Of a stretch of DNA of 64,000 nucleotides, positions 13,088-23,067 are shown one piece after another. The position numbers were made by a program, and so were the translations under genes. How positions within the stretch are numbered: position 1 is the first letter of the stretch; each line of letters opens with the position of its first letter. The stretch comes from Podarcis tiliguerta (taxonomy: Eukaryota), in the NCBI GenBank assembly GCA_965153285.1, contig OZ229110.1. One strand, given 5' to 3'. The notes under the pieces are model-generated. The model saw nothing but the letters and a program-made list of their open reading frames with translations. It was not told the DNA's origin and ran no database searches.

Positions 13088-13309
13088 TGACTCTCGAAGC
13101 GGCTGTGAAGAAAGAGGGTGAGGAGGGGGCCGGCGCCAGCATATATTCCGGGTTCAGCCCGCCCCCTTGTGGGCGGCTCCAGGTGGGAGCCGCCTCCTGG
13201 GCGTGTGGCGCCGGCCAGGTGAGTTGGAGGAGGCAGGGGCTCCCGCCCCTGCGTGGGCGGGTCGGAGCTCCCGTCCACAACCACTCCCCTCCCTCTGGGA
13301 GGAGAGTCT
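13088..13309 (-). repeat. Ngaro repeat A2 (222 bp)
   Basis: Matches 20565-20786 at offset 7477; GC boxes and TATA-like GAATATAT. Confidence 0.93.
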
Positions 13310-13682
13310 TTGTGGTTCAAGGACCCCCGACCCCCGTGAGGTGGAAATAAACACACAAGGACGCGTGGTATAAGGTTTATGGGCAAGGAAAAGGCCACAA
13401 CTTTATTGGTTACTGCAATGCAAAAGGTATTGGCTTAGGCATTGGATGACCACAGCAGAGGGGTTGAATCATCAGGGGGGTAGACAGAGCCAGTTGATGC
13501 CTATCCAACTATAGGCTCACCCCTGATGTCACCGGGGTCGTGCCATGGCCTCCAGCCAAGCAGGCATCGGACAGAATACACGACCGCCGGATTCCTTTAA
13601 CGGAATACCCAAATCGAAGGCGTAGGCGATGGCCACACCTAGCCTTCCCACACAGCATAACACCCAAATCCAATGCCTAACC
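13308..13682 (-). repeat. Ngaro repeat B1 (375 bp)
   Basis: Matches 12535-12909. Confidence 0.93.
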
Positions 13683-13717
13683 GCCACCCGAGCCGAAAAG
13701 GCTCGCCGCCAATACCC

Positions 13718-14292
13718 TCATAGCCGTAACCAATCCCTAACATTCCTGATTACGCTGTCCAACCATAAGTCATTCCCCTTGTCCGTTAGGTGAACCCCGT
13801 CATCCCGGTATAAGGCGCCATCGCCTATCCGGATGCGGTCATGACTGATAACTTGGCCATACAAGAAGCGCACCCAGCGGGACACGGCCCGGTTCAGAAC
13901 TCTTCTGGATCTTTCAATGGCCATACAATTCTGCGCACCGCGCCAAACAGATCTTTTCAGGAGGGATGACCAAAACAACGTCGTTCCGGGGCACAAAGCC
14001 GCAATTTCATCGATATCAGTCCTTATGGCCCAAGATAAGTCCACGCTTTTTCTGTTCACAAGATCATTCTCGCCCAACTGAATGATCATAATGTCTGGGG
14101 GGCCGAATGCTGCCACCTTCGCCCTCAGCAAGGGCATAAGTTCCTGCCAGAGCATGCCTCTTCTGGCGTACCAATATACACGTACTCCTGGGTGCAAGCC
14201 CAGGTTGACGGTGAGGCCCCGGCTGACGGCTCTCTTGTGGGCCCAGTGAACAATACTGTGGCCACAAATCCACACGGTCTTCGTGAAAGCCA
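13718..14292 (-). CDS. Ngaro SGNH/GDSL hydrolase (open frame extends to 14500; domain starts after a splice acceptor at 14293)
   Basis: VWICGHSIV (block I), RRGM (block II), QLGEND (block III), DDGVHL (block V). Confidence 0.85.
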
Positions 14293-14348
14293 CTACGAAA
14301 ATGAAGGAGAGAGAAAAAGGGTAAGCAGGGAGAAGAAATAGGCCCAAA

Positions 14349-15254
14349 TTAGCGTATGTAAGACTTATAAGCGTTAGACTTCCAGCGGCCCAATTCCTTA
14401 ATTCTATCAGCAGGCAGCCCCAAGCACGCGGCTGTCGTGGCGGCACCGATCCTAAATGAGTGCGCCGCGTAATCCTGTGATGGTAAACCGCACGCGTCAA
14501 TGGCCTTGCGAAGCACCCTAGTGAACTGGTGCCTCAACAGAGGAGACCCGTCCTCATGGACCAGCAGTGGACCCGGACCGGGAGGGCGCAGGCGGAGGAA
14601 TCGTCTAGTATCCTTAACCGGGCATGGCCCAGGCTCCGCTGAAGCTGTGAGTTTTATTAGGACCCCCCTACCGGCCTGATCCGTCTTAGACTGGCGGATC
14701 CGGACGGTCATGCCCGCTTCGGACAAGTGGACATCCTCCATCAGGAGCCCGCGCATAGCGCCATTTTCCGCCGCCTCGGCCACCACCTCGCCTACCCGGA
14801 GGGCGCCGAAAAAGGCGATGGCGAAGGCAGCCGAAAAGAGTCTGGCCTCAAACTTGGACCTGCAAATTGACCTTAGCTTTTCCCGTATCTGGCTGAGCAG
14901 CCCATATGAAATTGGTTTGCGGCCTGCCGCTCTGGATGGTTGAGATCTACCCCATCCCTCTATTGCTCTACGAACTAGGAAGTCACAGCAAGGGTCGGAG
15001 GCAAATGTCGCTTTGGAGAAAAAACTGATGGCGGCCGTATGTATTTTTAAGGTTTTAGAAGCTCGCCCCAAGTCGTCCAGGTGTGCTAAGTATTCTAATA
15101 CGTCATCAGTGGTGGGTGGCACGCCGGCGGGTTGCCCCGATACCCTGACCCTAAAGCCCAGGAAATCGCACCAGGCCCTCTTGTAGGACCTAAGAGTGGA
15201 AGGCGCGATAGACGCTAATACTCCCTTGATCACTTTGCGTCTCCAACGCTCCAC
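14349..15254 (-). CDS. Ngaro tyrosine recombinase
   Basis: FFGALRVGE, SKTDQ, HSFRIGAAT and GRWKSNAYKSY catalytic motifs; no ATG near the 5' end. Confidence 0.93.
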   Translation of the reverse strand: MERWRRKVIKGVLASIAPSTLRSYKRAWCDFLGFRVRVSGQPAGVPPTTDDVLEYLAHLDDLGRASKTLKIHTAAISFFSKATFASDPCCDFLVRRAIEGWGRSQPSRAAGRKPISYGLLSQIREKLRSICRSKFEARLFSAAFAIAFFGALRVGEVVAEAAENGAMRGLLMEDVHLSEAGMTVRIRQSKTDQAGRGVLIKLTASAEPGPCPVKDTRRFLRLRPPGPGPLLVHEDGSPLLRHQFTRVLRKAIDACGLPSQDYAAHSFRIGAATTAACLGLPADRIKELGRWKSNAYKSYIR

Positions 15255-17134
15255 AGGTGCTCCGGAAAGGGTTCGGGCAACAGTTGTGCTCCAGGTGCTA
15301 GCGACCGGAAGCGGGACATCTGAAATCGAGACAAAGCATCAGCGATGTTATTATCCACCCCGGGTACAAATTTAGCTGAAAAGACTATATTATACTCAAG
15401 ACACCGGAGGACGAAAGATCGCAGGAGGGCAGAAACCCTTGCTGATTTTGATGATTGCCTCGCCAAGATTTTTACCACTGCCTGATTGTCAGACCTGAAG
15501 CACACCCGGCGATTTCGGAACTCCTCTGTCCAGATGTGAACCGCTACTGCTATAGGGAAGAACTCGAGGAAAGTAAGGTCACGAGTGATGGCGGTCCCTT
15601 GCCAGCTCTGCGGCCAACGCTGAGCGCACCAACGACCCCGGAAGTACACTCCAAAGCCTAAAGAACCTGCTGCGTCGGATTGGACCTGGAAGTCTGAGGA
15701 AAGGTTAGTAACGTCCTGCCACAAAGAGACCCCATTGTAGTGTTCCAAGAACATAGCCCACACCTCCAAGTCCGACTTGATTGACTTAGGGAGACGGACT
15801 CTGTGATGCGGGTACTTAAGGCCTGCTGATAGTCTAGCCAGCCGGGCGCAGAAGGGGCGCCCTGGGGATACTACCCTACATGCAAAGTTGAAATGGCCTA
15901 GAAGAGACTGAATCTGCCTGAGTGTGATCTTTGTGAGGGTAAGGGTGGACTGTATCATTTCCTTGAGGTTGCCAATTTTTTCCTCAGGTAAGCGAGATGA
16001 CTGGGTGACTGTGTCTAGCTCGATACCGAGGTATGTGAGGCGTGTGGCCGGGCCCTCCGTTTTTTCTGCCGCCAGGGGTACTCCCAAGTCCTGCGCTAAG
16101 GCTGAAAATGCCTGAAGGAGTGAAGCACACTCCCCAGACCCGGGCCTGCCCACAAAGAGAAAATCGTCTAAATAATGTGTGACCCCAGTGGAATTTGTCC
16201 TAAACCTCAAAGCCCAATCCAGAAAGGTACTGAAGGACTCGAAAGCCGAACAGGCGACTGAGCAGCCCATCGGCATGGCCCTATCTACGTAATACTGACC
16301 CCTGAATTTGAAACCCAGCAACCAGAAGTCCTCGGGGTGAACCGGCAGGAGGCGGAAGGCCGATTCAATATCACATTTTGCCAAAAGGGCTCCCTGGCCG
16401 AAAGTCCTAATTAACTTAACCGCCTGGTCGAACGTGGCGTATTTTACTGTGCAAAACTCCGGCGGAATGGCGTCATTCACTGATCCCCCTTTTGGATATG
16501 ACAGGTTGTGGATGAGGCGGAATTCCCCCGGGGTCTTTTTTGGCACAATACCCAATGGGGATATGTGAAGATTTGGTATGGGAGGCTTTTCAAAGGGGCC
16601 CGCAACCCGGCCTGCGGACACCTCTTTGGCTATCTTCCTTTCTGCGACTTCCGGATTCATCCTAACTGATTTCTGATTAGGGGAGTCCCTGGCCAACAGG
16701 TGGCCCACAACCGGAATGCGAAACCCTAACGAAAAACCCTCCCAAAGATATGATGCTGCCGTTTTGTTGGGGTACTGTGCTAGTAACTCGTGAAGGGGGG
16801 TCAACTTAATAGGGGAAAAAGCCATTTCCAACCTCACCTCACCTTCTGTTCCCGGATCCGGGGGCTCCCCTGGAACTGGTATGATGGAACCCCCGGCCTC
16901 CACGAAAGGGCTGTTTCCCTCCTTTAAAACAGGTCGTCGCAGGATGAGCTCCGGCGCACCTCTCACACTCGTGAGGGTATTTGCATGCTGGCCGCTGACA
17001 GGAACCTTTATTAAACTCCCAACATACCCTGCGCCTAAAGTCCCTTCTGGGATCTGCCCTGGCAACACGCAAAGAGTCGCCCTGTCTCTCCTTGACATAT
17101 GGGCCCACTGCAATTGACCAAATACCGTTCTCAA
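15230..17134 (-). CDS. Ngaro reverse transcriptase / RNase H
   Basis: KCDIESAFR, MPMG, HYLDDF; RNase H SDAAG, LEFFP, SDNQA, NIADALSR; start uncertain (ATG at 16825 is one candidate). Confidence 0.94.
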   Translation of the reverse strand: MRTVFGQLQWAHMSRRDRATLCVLPGQIPEGTLGAGYVGSLIKVPVSGQHANTLTSVRGAPELILRRPVLKEGNSPFVEAGGSIIPVPGEPPDPGTEGEVRLEMAFSPIKLTPLHELLAQYPNKTAASYLWEGFSLGFRIPVVGHLLARDSPNQKSVRMNPEVAERKIAKEVSAGRVAGPFEKPPIPNLHISPLGIVPKKTPGEFRLIHNLSYPKGGSVNDAIPPEFCTVKYATFDQAVKLIRTFGQGALLAKCDIESAFRLLPVHPEDFWLLGFKFRGQYYVDRAMPMGCSVACSAFESFSTFLDWALRFRTNSTGVTHYLDDFLFVGRPGSGECASLLQAFSALAQDLGVPLAAEKTEGPATRLTYLGIELDTVTQSSRLPEEKIGNLKEMIQSTLTLTKITLRQIQSLLGHFNFACRVVSPGRPFCARLARLSAGLKYPHHRVRLPKSIKSDLEVWAMFLEHYNGVSLWQDVTNLSSDFQVQSDAAGSLGFGVYFRGRWCAQRWPQSWQGTAITRDLTFLEFFPIAVAVHIWTEEFRNRRVCFRSDNQAVVKILARQSSKSARVSALLRSFVLRCLEYNIVFSAKFVPGVDNNIADALSRFQMSRFRSLAPGAQLLPEPFPEHLWSVGDAK

Positions 17135-18323
17135 TCTGGTCCCAGCGCGCAGTAGGGATCCTAGAGGCCTTTCTACGGAATTTTTTATCGTAGCTTATCG
17201 CAGCGGCCTCCCCAGAGAGGGCATAAGCGGTACGGATGTGCGAAAGATAAGCAATTAAATGGACCGCCCTCTTGGGATAAGCGGCGACTATGGTTCCCAT
17301 GAAGGCCTGAAAGCCATCGAGCCAATTTTCGAAAGTTCTTGGCACAGAGGGGTACTTACTCTTCCTCTTGCCATGGGAGGGCCTCCTTTCACCCCTCCCT
17401 AATTCCTCCACCGGAGGGACTAGTTTAAACATGTCCACAAACTCTCCATTTAGAATTTTTGCACGCAATTTGGGGGAGAGATGATCTCCAGGGATCACAT
17501 CGGAGGTTGAATAAGTGGAGGCTGGGGAATCTTTTAGCAGGGCCCCATCCTTCCATTCCAGAGTGCCACCAAACTTTTTTCTGTGAGAGTTGGCCCGCCT
17601 AGCAATGGCCCAATCAGGGAGACCTGAAACCCCCTCCCCCTTGCCCCAATAGGATCCCAGGGAGGCGTCGCTATCATAGTCTGATGTGGAGCTACCTGTC
17701 TCATCGTCGGTGTCGCTCTTTTTGGACTTTGACCTCTTGCAGGTGTGCTTCTTCTTTTCCCGTCTCTTGCCAGCTGGTTTTTCCTCAGGTAACCGGCCGG
17801 GTGTCTCGTCCGCGTCCTGCTGCTCTTCGTCCTCCGATGAAGAGATTGGCTCTGTTCGTTGCACCCTGGACCGCCTGTTCTGAACACAAGTGGTAGAGCT
17901 GGACAAGGAAACCTTATCAGCACGCACAGACTTGTTGGACGCCTTACCCCCTCCATCTCTAGATGTGGATGTTGACGTCTGGGCTCGTGATCTGGTCCGC
18001 ACGGGCTCCACCCTGCCTGTCGCGCCCGCCCTTGCCAGTTGTGTGTTACTGAAGAGGGCGGCGGAAGTGCTGGGAAGTTCCTCATCGGGAGACGATCGGG
18101 GGCTCTCCGGGACCACCTGTGTATCCGGGATTGCCTCAGGGGAAGACGGGGGGCTGGGATTCTCCTCCGGGAAGCGCTGTTCGTATTCATCTATAAAAGA
18201 TCTGAAAGCTTGGAGGAAATGAGAGACAGGTTTTGGGGTGCTGCTCTTTCCCTGTGGTCTCCCCGACGACTTTGCCACTGCACTGCGTGCTGCATCGGTC
18301 GCACGCTTCCTTTTTGGAGCCAT
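16839..18323 (-). CDS. Ngaro gag-like ORF1 with C-terminal Cys/His zinc fingers
   Basis: ATG at 18323 (MAPKRKR, NLS-like); FENWLDGF core; CWEFNKGSCQRPACKYPHECERCAGAHPATTC; overlaps the RT frame. Confidence 0.85.
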   Translation of the reverse strand: MAPKRKRATDAARSAVAKSSGRPQGKSSTPKPVSHFLQAFRSFIDEYEQRFPEENPSPPSSPEAIPDTQVVPESPRSSPDEELPSTSAALFSNTQLARAGATGRVEPVRTRSRAQTSTSTSRDGGGKASNKSVRADKVSLSSSTTCVQNRRSRVQRTEPISSSEDEEQQDADETPGRLPEEKPAGKRREKKKHTCKRSKSKKSDTDDETGSSTSDYDSDASLGSYWGKGEGVSGLPDWAIARRANSHRKKFGGTLEWKDGALLKDSPASTYSTSDVIPGDHLSPKLRAKILNGEFVDMFKLVPPVEELGRGERRPSHGKRKSKYPSVPRTFENWLDGFQAFMGTIVAAYPKRAVHLIAYLSHIRTAYALSGEAAAISYDKKFRRKASRIPTARWDQIENGIWSIAVGPYVKERQGDSLRVARADPRRDFRRRVCWEFNKGSCQRPACKYPHECERCAGAHPATTCFKGGKQPFRGGRGFHHTSSRGAPGSGNRR

Positions 18324-18619
18324 GTGAGAAGCGGCACCCGAAAGGCGGCTCACAGCTATTATTATTTTACTGTTTATTAATGCGTGTTATTGTTGCTATT
18401 AGTATACGTTAAAGTCTGTATCTGTCTATCTATCTATTTACCTTCTCTCTATTCAACTATCTGTCCAAAGTGTGTATGGATGTAAGCGTGTGTGTGTGTG
18501 TGTGTGTGTGTGTGCTAATTATCTAAATCAGTATAAATATTGCAGTGCGTGTGTGAAAGTAGCGTGTGTGTGTATGCGTGAGTGTGTGTGCGAAGTTGTT
18601 ATTAATCAAGGATTAAATA

Positions 18620-18854
18620 NNNNNNNNNNNNNNNNNNNNNNNNNNNNNNNNNNNNNNNNNNNNNNNNNNNNNNNNNNNNNNNNNNNNNNNNNNNNNNNNN
18701 NNNNNNNNNNNNNNNNNNNNNNNNNNNNNNNNNNNNNNNNNNNNNNNNNNNNNNNNNNNNNNNNNNNNNNNNNNNNNNNNNNNNNNNNNNNNNNNNNNNN
18801 NNNNNNNNNNNNNNNNNNNNNNNNNNNNNNNNNNNNNNNNNNNNNNNNNNNNNN
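18620..18854. other. Assembly gap (235 N) inside the Ngaro 5' leader
   Basis: Run of N next to (GT)n-rich sequence. Confidence 0.99.
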
Positions 18855-20564
18855 TGGTATGTACCTCTGCTTATTTTCCCAAAGAGTTGACTATTAAATT
18901 GCGTGTCAAATTGTTAAATCATAAAGATCTTCAACAAATGAACTGCAACTCAGCTAAATTCCGTATCCAAATAGCTTAAATTCGTCCCTTCTATTTGTAA
19001 ATTTTTATTTTTTTTTTTTAAATGTTGTTATATGATGTATCCAACCCAAGCAATCTGGTGACTCACAGCAATGAACTAGATATCAATATCAAATTAAACC
19101 CCAGTAAATCTAAGAAACTGTGCTCTCAAGCCTGCTCTCTGGCAGCCACCAGCACCCCCGATGTGATGGCCTTTTGCTACAATATTAGGTAGCAGCCAAG
19201 GGAGGTGAAGCTACTGGCAACTCTGTAACAATGACTTGGCTGTCCACGTGGGATCAATGTGTCTATAGCTTGGAACTCCAGCAATCACTCAGCAATCAGT
19301 GAACAATAGCCTAGCTACCAAGGACAAAAGGTGCAGCTGCTCGGCAGCAATGTAACAAAAGCCTGGCTCCAAGTGATCCGACAATCCTCAGCAATCAGCG
19401 AACAATAGCCTGGCTGCCGGGTTGCCTAGCAACCAAAGCGTCTAGCTGGGGAGGCAGTAGGCTCAGAAAGCAGGAAGAATAAACTGCTCCCAACAGTATC
19501 GCAAACACCCAGTAAACAGTGTAAAATACAGCAGAGTATAATAGCTAGGCAATCAGTTCAGCAGTAGGCTGGCCGTTCAGCAATAAATGTAAAATTGCCC
19601 AGCCCTCAATTCAGTAAGCAGGCTGTGCTGGCTGCTGCAATTGCTTAGCAAATAGCGAAAAGGAAATGATGTGGGGGGGGTGGGGGGTGGGGGGTGGGGG
19701 AAACTTCGCTGGGCAGGAGCGCAGACTAAGGCCAGCAGCAAACACAGAGCAAAACCAGATCGAAATTGTAAGGGCTCCCCAAGCTTTAAATTAACGTATT
19801 ACCACAAATAACTAACAGGACACAAAGAAGACAAACACAAAGGACATAAACCTAACAGAAACCTAAACACAGCAGAAAACAACAGAAATGGTGTGTGAAA
19901 TTAATCCTAACAGAAAACAAACAGGCACGGGAAGACAAAAAGGCACGGGGGCGGGTACACACACTGCACGTGGCAATGTTTCTGTTCTATGCTAAGCACC
20001 AACTGCAGATGAACCGCTTGCGTTCCCTCACCCAACGTGCTGATAGGGAAACCTACAGATTCCTACAGGCAGATACCCCCCCACGGGAGCAGATTATTTG
20101 CTAGGGGCGCCTGCCGCCAGAAACACAACCTAGACAGCCACAATGGTAAAGACAGGGAAGCACAGAAGCAAAGTTTCCCAGAGGAGAATGGGTGGGGGGG
20201 GTAGCAGGGTTAAAGCAACGGGGAAGGAAGCTGAAGCAAAGGCAGCAAAAATGCAAACAACGGCAGAAGCAGGGTCAAAGCAATGGGCACTCACACGGGA
20301 GGTAAAACACTGGCTGGTTAAAGGGGGGGGTCGCTTTTCCAGGCAGCAAATGCTGTATGAAGCTTATAAATCAGGAGGAAACACAAAGCGCTGTTGCAAC
20401 AACAGTAACAAAGGAGAAACGTACACCAAGGGCTCACACACACACTGGCCCCTCAGACTGCACACTCTAACCATACGACTCACAAGCTAGCCAGAGTCCA
20501 CCCCCCTAACCACGTTAATACTTCCCTGGCTTCTGTGCAGCGTAGATGCTCCTCCTGAGGATCT

Positions 20565-20786
20565 TGACTCTCGAAGCGGCTGTGAAGAAAGAGGGTGAGG
20601 AGGGGGCCGGCGCCAGCATATATTCCGGGTTCAGCCCGCCCCCTTGTGGGCGGCTCCAGGTGGGAGCCGCCTCCTGGGCGTGTGGCGCCGGCCAGGTGAG
20701 TTGGAGGAGGCAGGGGCTCCCGCCCCTGCGTGGGCGGGTCGGAGCTCCCGTCCACAACCACTCCCCTCCCTCTGGGAGGAGAGTCT
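20565..20786 (-). repeat. Ngaro repeat A1 (222 bp), 5' terminus and probable promoter
   Basis: Matches 13088-13309. Confidence 0.93.
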
Positions 20787-21911
20787 CTACCAAAAAACAA
20801 CAACAGCTTTATCTATTGTATAAGGAAATCAGACACTTAATTTGTTTATTCAGTACATTTATTTCCTGCCTTTCAAGGTGTCATGCATAGTTATCCCCCA
20901 CTCCTTTTTTTTAATCCTCACAGATATTAGGTAACCTTGTAGTTGAATCTGGCTCGAAATTAGGACCATGTAGAAGGCACATCAGTGGGATTGCTAATAA
21001 GGCATTGCTCAAAAATGGCTGTTGTTTCAGGTTTCATAAGCCTGGACTACACATGAGCCAAGCTACACATGATGCTGAGTTGCATATAGTTTTTTGCCTT
21101 GAAGTGGGATATTTTACTTTACAAATCTATCTTGGGGTGGTGGTATCTTTATGTGAAAAAGAAGTTCTGTGCAGAGGGAAGATGGGAAAGGCTTTAAAAG
21201 CTCCCATCTCCAGTGTTTTTCCCCCCTGGGATCTCAAGAGGTAGTGGGGGAAATCAAAACCCTGTAAGTGCAGATACCAGTACTCCCTCCCTGGGGGACT
21301 TTGGGGGAGAGAGCTACTGAAAGGGTAAGGGGTCAAAAGCCCCATTCCCCATACTGGTCTTCTACTTGATATTGTAGCCTCTGCAGCTGCATTTGGTGGT
21401 GTTGGGGCTTATGGCAGAACTTCCAAGTTTGGCGTTGAAAGGTATGTAGATTATGAGAATGTCACCAGAAAGTTAGTCATATCTCTGTTTCTCTTCAAGT
21501 TGCTCAATACCCTTCTGAAACAGAGAACAGCTGAGACACTTGAGAAATGAGTTGCTAACTGTCACTCCATGAACAAACAAAAAAAGATGTATCTTTAAGA
21601 ATATCATCCAGTTATTAAGGCTGACAACACAGCCATTGTTGTGGCTGTATTGTGGTAAGCTGAATTTTTTGCAGGTTGTCCCAGAGTGGCAAGATTCTCT
21701 CTGGATTCACATGCAGGCACCTCTTCAGATCATAATTTGGCCACAAACTGGAAGCCATTTGAAATGTGTGTTATGACAAGCTGTGACTTTCACTAGATAA
21801 TTCCACTGTGCCAGAACTGCCTGGAAACATCAATTTAGGGTGATTTTGTTATGCAAGAACAGCCCTAAGAGAGCCTCTTTTGTAAAGTAAATAGATAAGT
21901 AGGGGTGCAAT

Positions 21912-22245
21912 ATAAGAACAGCCCTGCTGGATCAGACCAAAGGTCCATCTAGCCCCAACTCCCTGTGCTCACAGTGATCAAGCAACTGCCTATGGGAAGC
22001 CTACAAGAAAGGCATGAGTATAATAGCACTATCTGCTTATGATCCCCAGGACAATATTTAGAGGCATCTTGTCTTGGTTCTGGGAGTAGTCCTTGGATGG
22101 CCATCATGACTAGTAGCCAATGATAACCTGAGCCTTTGTGAATTTATCTAGTCCCCTTTTAAAGCTTCCCAAGTTTGTTGCCATCTCCACATCTTGCACA
22201 AGCAAATTCCATAGTTTATCTGTGTCTTTGCTGGTACAGGGTAAA
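21912..22245 (-). mobile_element. Old, decayed CR1-type 3' fragment
   Basis: TAAGAACAGCCCTGCTGGATCAGACCAAAGGTCCATCTAG end motif; residual LWN...FKRGLDKF peptide; similar decayed copy near 24060-24310. Confidence 0.5.
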
Positions 22246-22530
22246 TGTTTGTAAGTACACGGTCTTACTGTCAACACTCCGTTGTTTCTCTTCAAGTACC
22301 TTGGCTTCCTTCTATCTAAAGCATTTCACAGAACTATATTTTTGTGTTGTTTTTCTATGGTGCAGCCTGGGTAACTATAAACATGAACACGGCTTCCTAA
22401 ATTGAAGGCTTCTTTCATACAACATTCATTCTGGAATCATCCTTATTCACACTTGGCAGATGCCAAGAATTTTATCAAGGAATTGTTGAACAGTGTTCTT
22501 ACTTGCAATCACTGTTTTTCCATTTCACAG

Positions 22531-23067
22531 GAGCAGTTGGAGAAATACGACTTCACCAAATTCCATTCTCTGAAGCCAAAGCTGATTGAAGCTGTAGATA
22601 ATATGCTGGCAAACAAAGTTGCCTACCTCATGACTCTGGTGAGCCAGGAAGAGCGTAACACGCCTGCGCAGAAGGTTCAAGGTGGGGCATTTGATGGCAC
22701 CACAGTAGGACCATTTGACCAGGGCTACGGGGAAGGTGCCAAGGAAGGAGCCGGCGAGGAGGAGTGGATTGTTGCCAAAGATAAACCTATATATGATGAA
22801 ATCTTTTACACTCTCTCGCCAGTCAATGGTAGAGTCTCGGGGGCCAATGCAAAGAAGGAAATGTTGACCTCCAAACTGCCCAACAGTGTCCTGGGAAAAA
22901 TCTGGAAGCTTGCTGACTGTGATAACGATGGCATGTTGGATGAGGAGGAATTTGCATTAGCAAAGCATCTTATCAAGATAAAACTGGAGGGATATGAACT
23001 CCCCAGTAACTTGCCTGTCCATCTGGTACCTCCATCGCATAGAAAACCTTTGCGTGGAGCACAGTGA
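22531..23067 (+). CDS. EHD4: EHD4 last coding exon with EH domain
   Basis: cacag|GAG acceptor; GGAFDG linker; EH domain SKLPNSVLGKIWKLADCDNDGMLDEEEFALAKHLI; TGA stop. Confidence 0.96.
   Translation, partial: EQLEKYDFTKFHSLKPKLIEAVDNMLANKVAYLMTLVSQEERNTPAQKVQGGAFDGTTVGPFDQGYGEGAKEGAGEEEWIVAKDKPIYDEIFYTLSPVNGRVSGANAKKEMLTSKLPNSVLGKIWKLADCDNDGMLDEEEFALAKHLIKIKLEGYELPSNLPVHLVPPSHRKPLRGAQ

Larger units (their letters stand above)
12535..20786 (-). mobile_element. Ngaro-type (DIRS order) tyrosine-recombinase retrotransposon with split direct repeats
   Basis: Minus-strand order A1(20565-20786), gag, RT/RH, YR, SGNH, B1(13308-13682), A2(13088-13309), spacer, B2(12535-12909); no classical TSD; contains an N gap. 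Confidence 0.93.

Noticed and set aside
12994-13398. Short ORFs within the A/B repeats (also 20480-20890)
   Set aside because: GC-rich chance frames with no motifs; not evidently preserved in the solo copy
12535-13682. B repeats as LTRs of a small LTR element, or a simple assembly duplication
   Set aside because: No PBS/PPT or TSD; the A and B pairs interleave exactly as Ngaro split direct repeats, and the solo relative confirms the unit
14293-14500. Hydrophobic N-terminal extension (signal or TM segment) on the hydrolase
   Set aside because: It is the translation of the polypyrimidine tract and overlaps the YR end; the start is not ATG
18472-18897. 141-aa ORF
   Set aside because: Artefact of (GT)n sequence and the N gap
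12520-20813. ACAGCTTTATC on both sides of the Ngaro element as a TSD
   Set aside because: Copies sit 4 and 16 bp away from the termini; better explained as a pre-existing local repeat in the host intron
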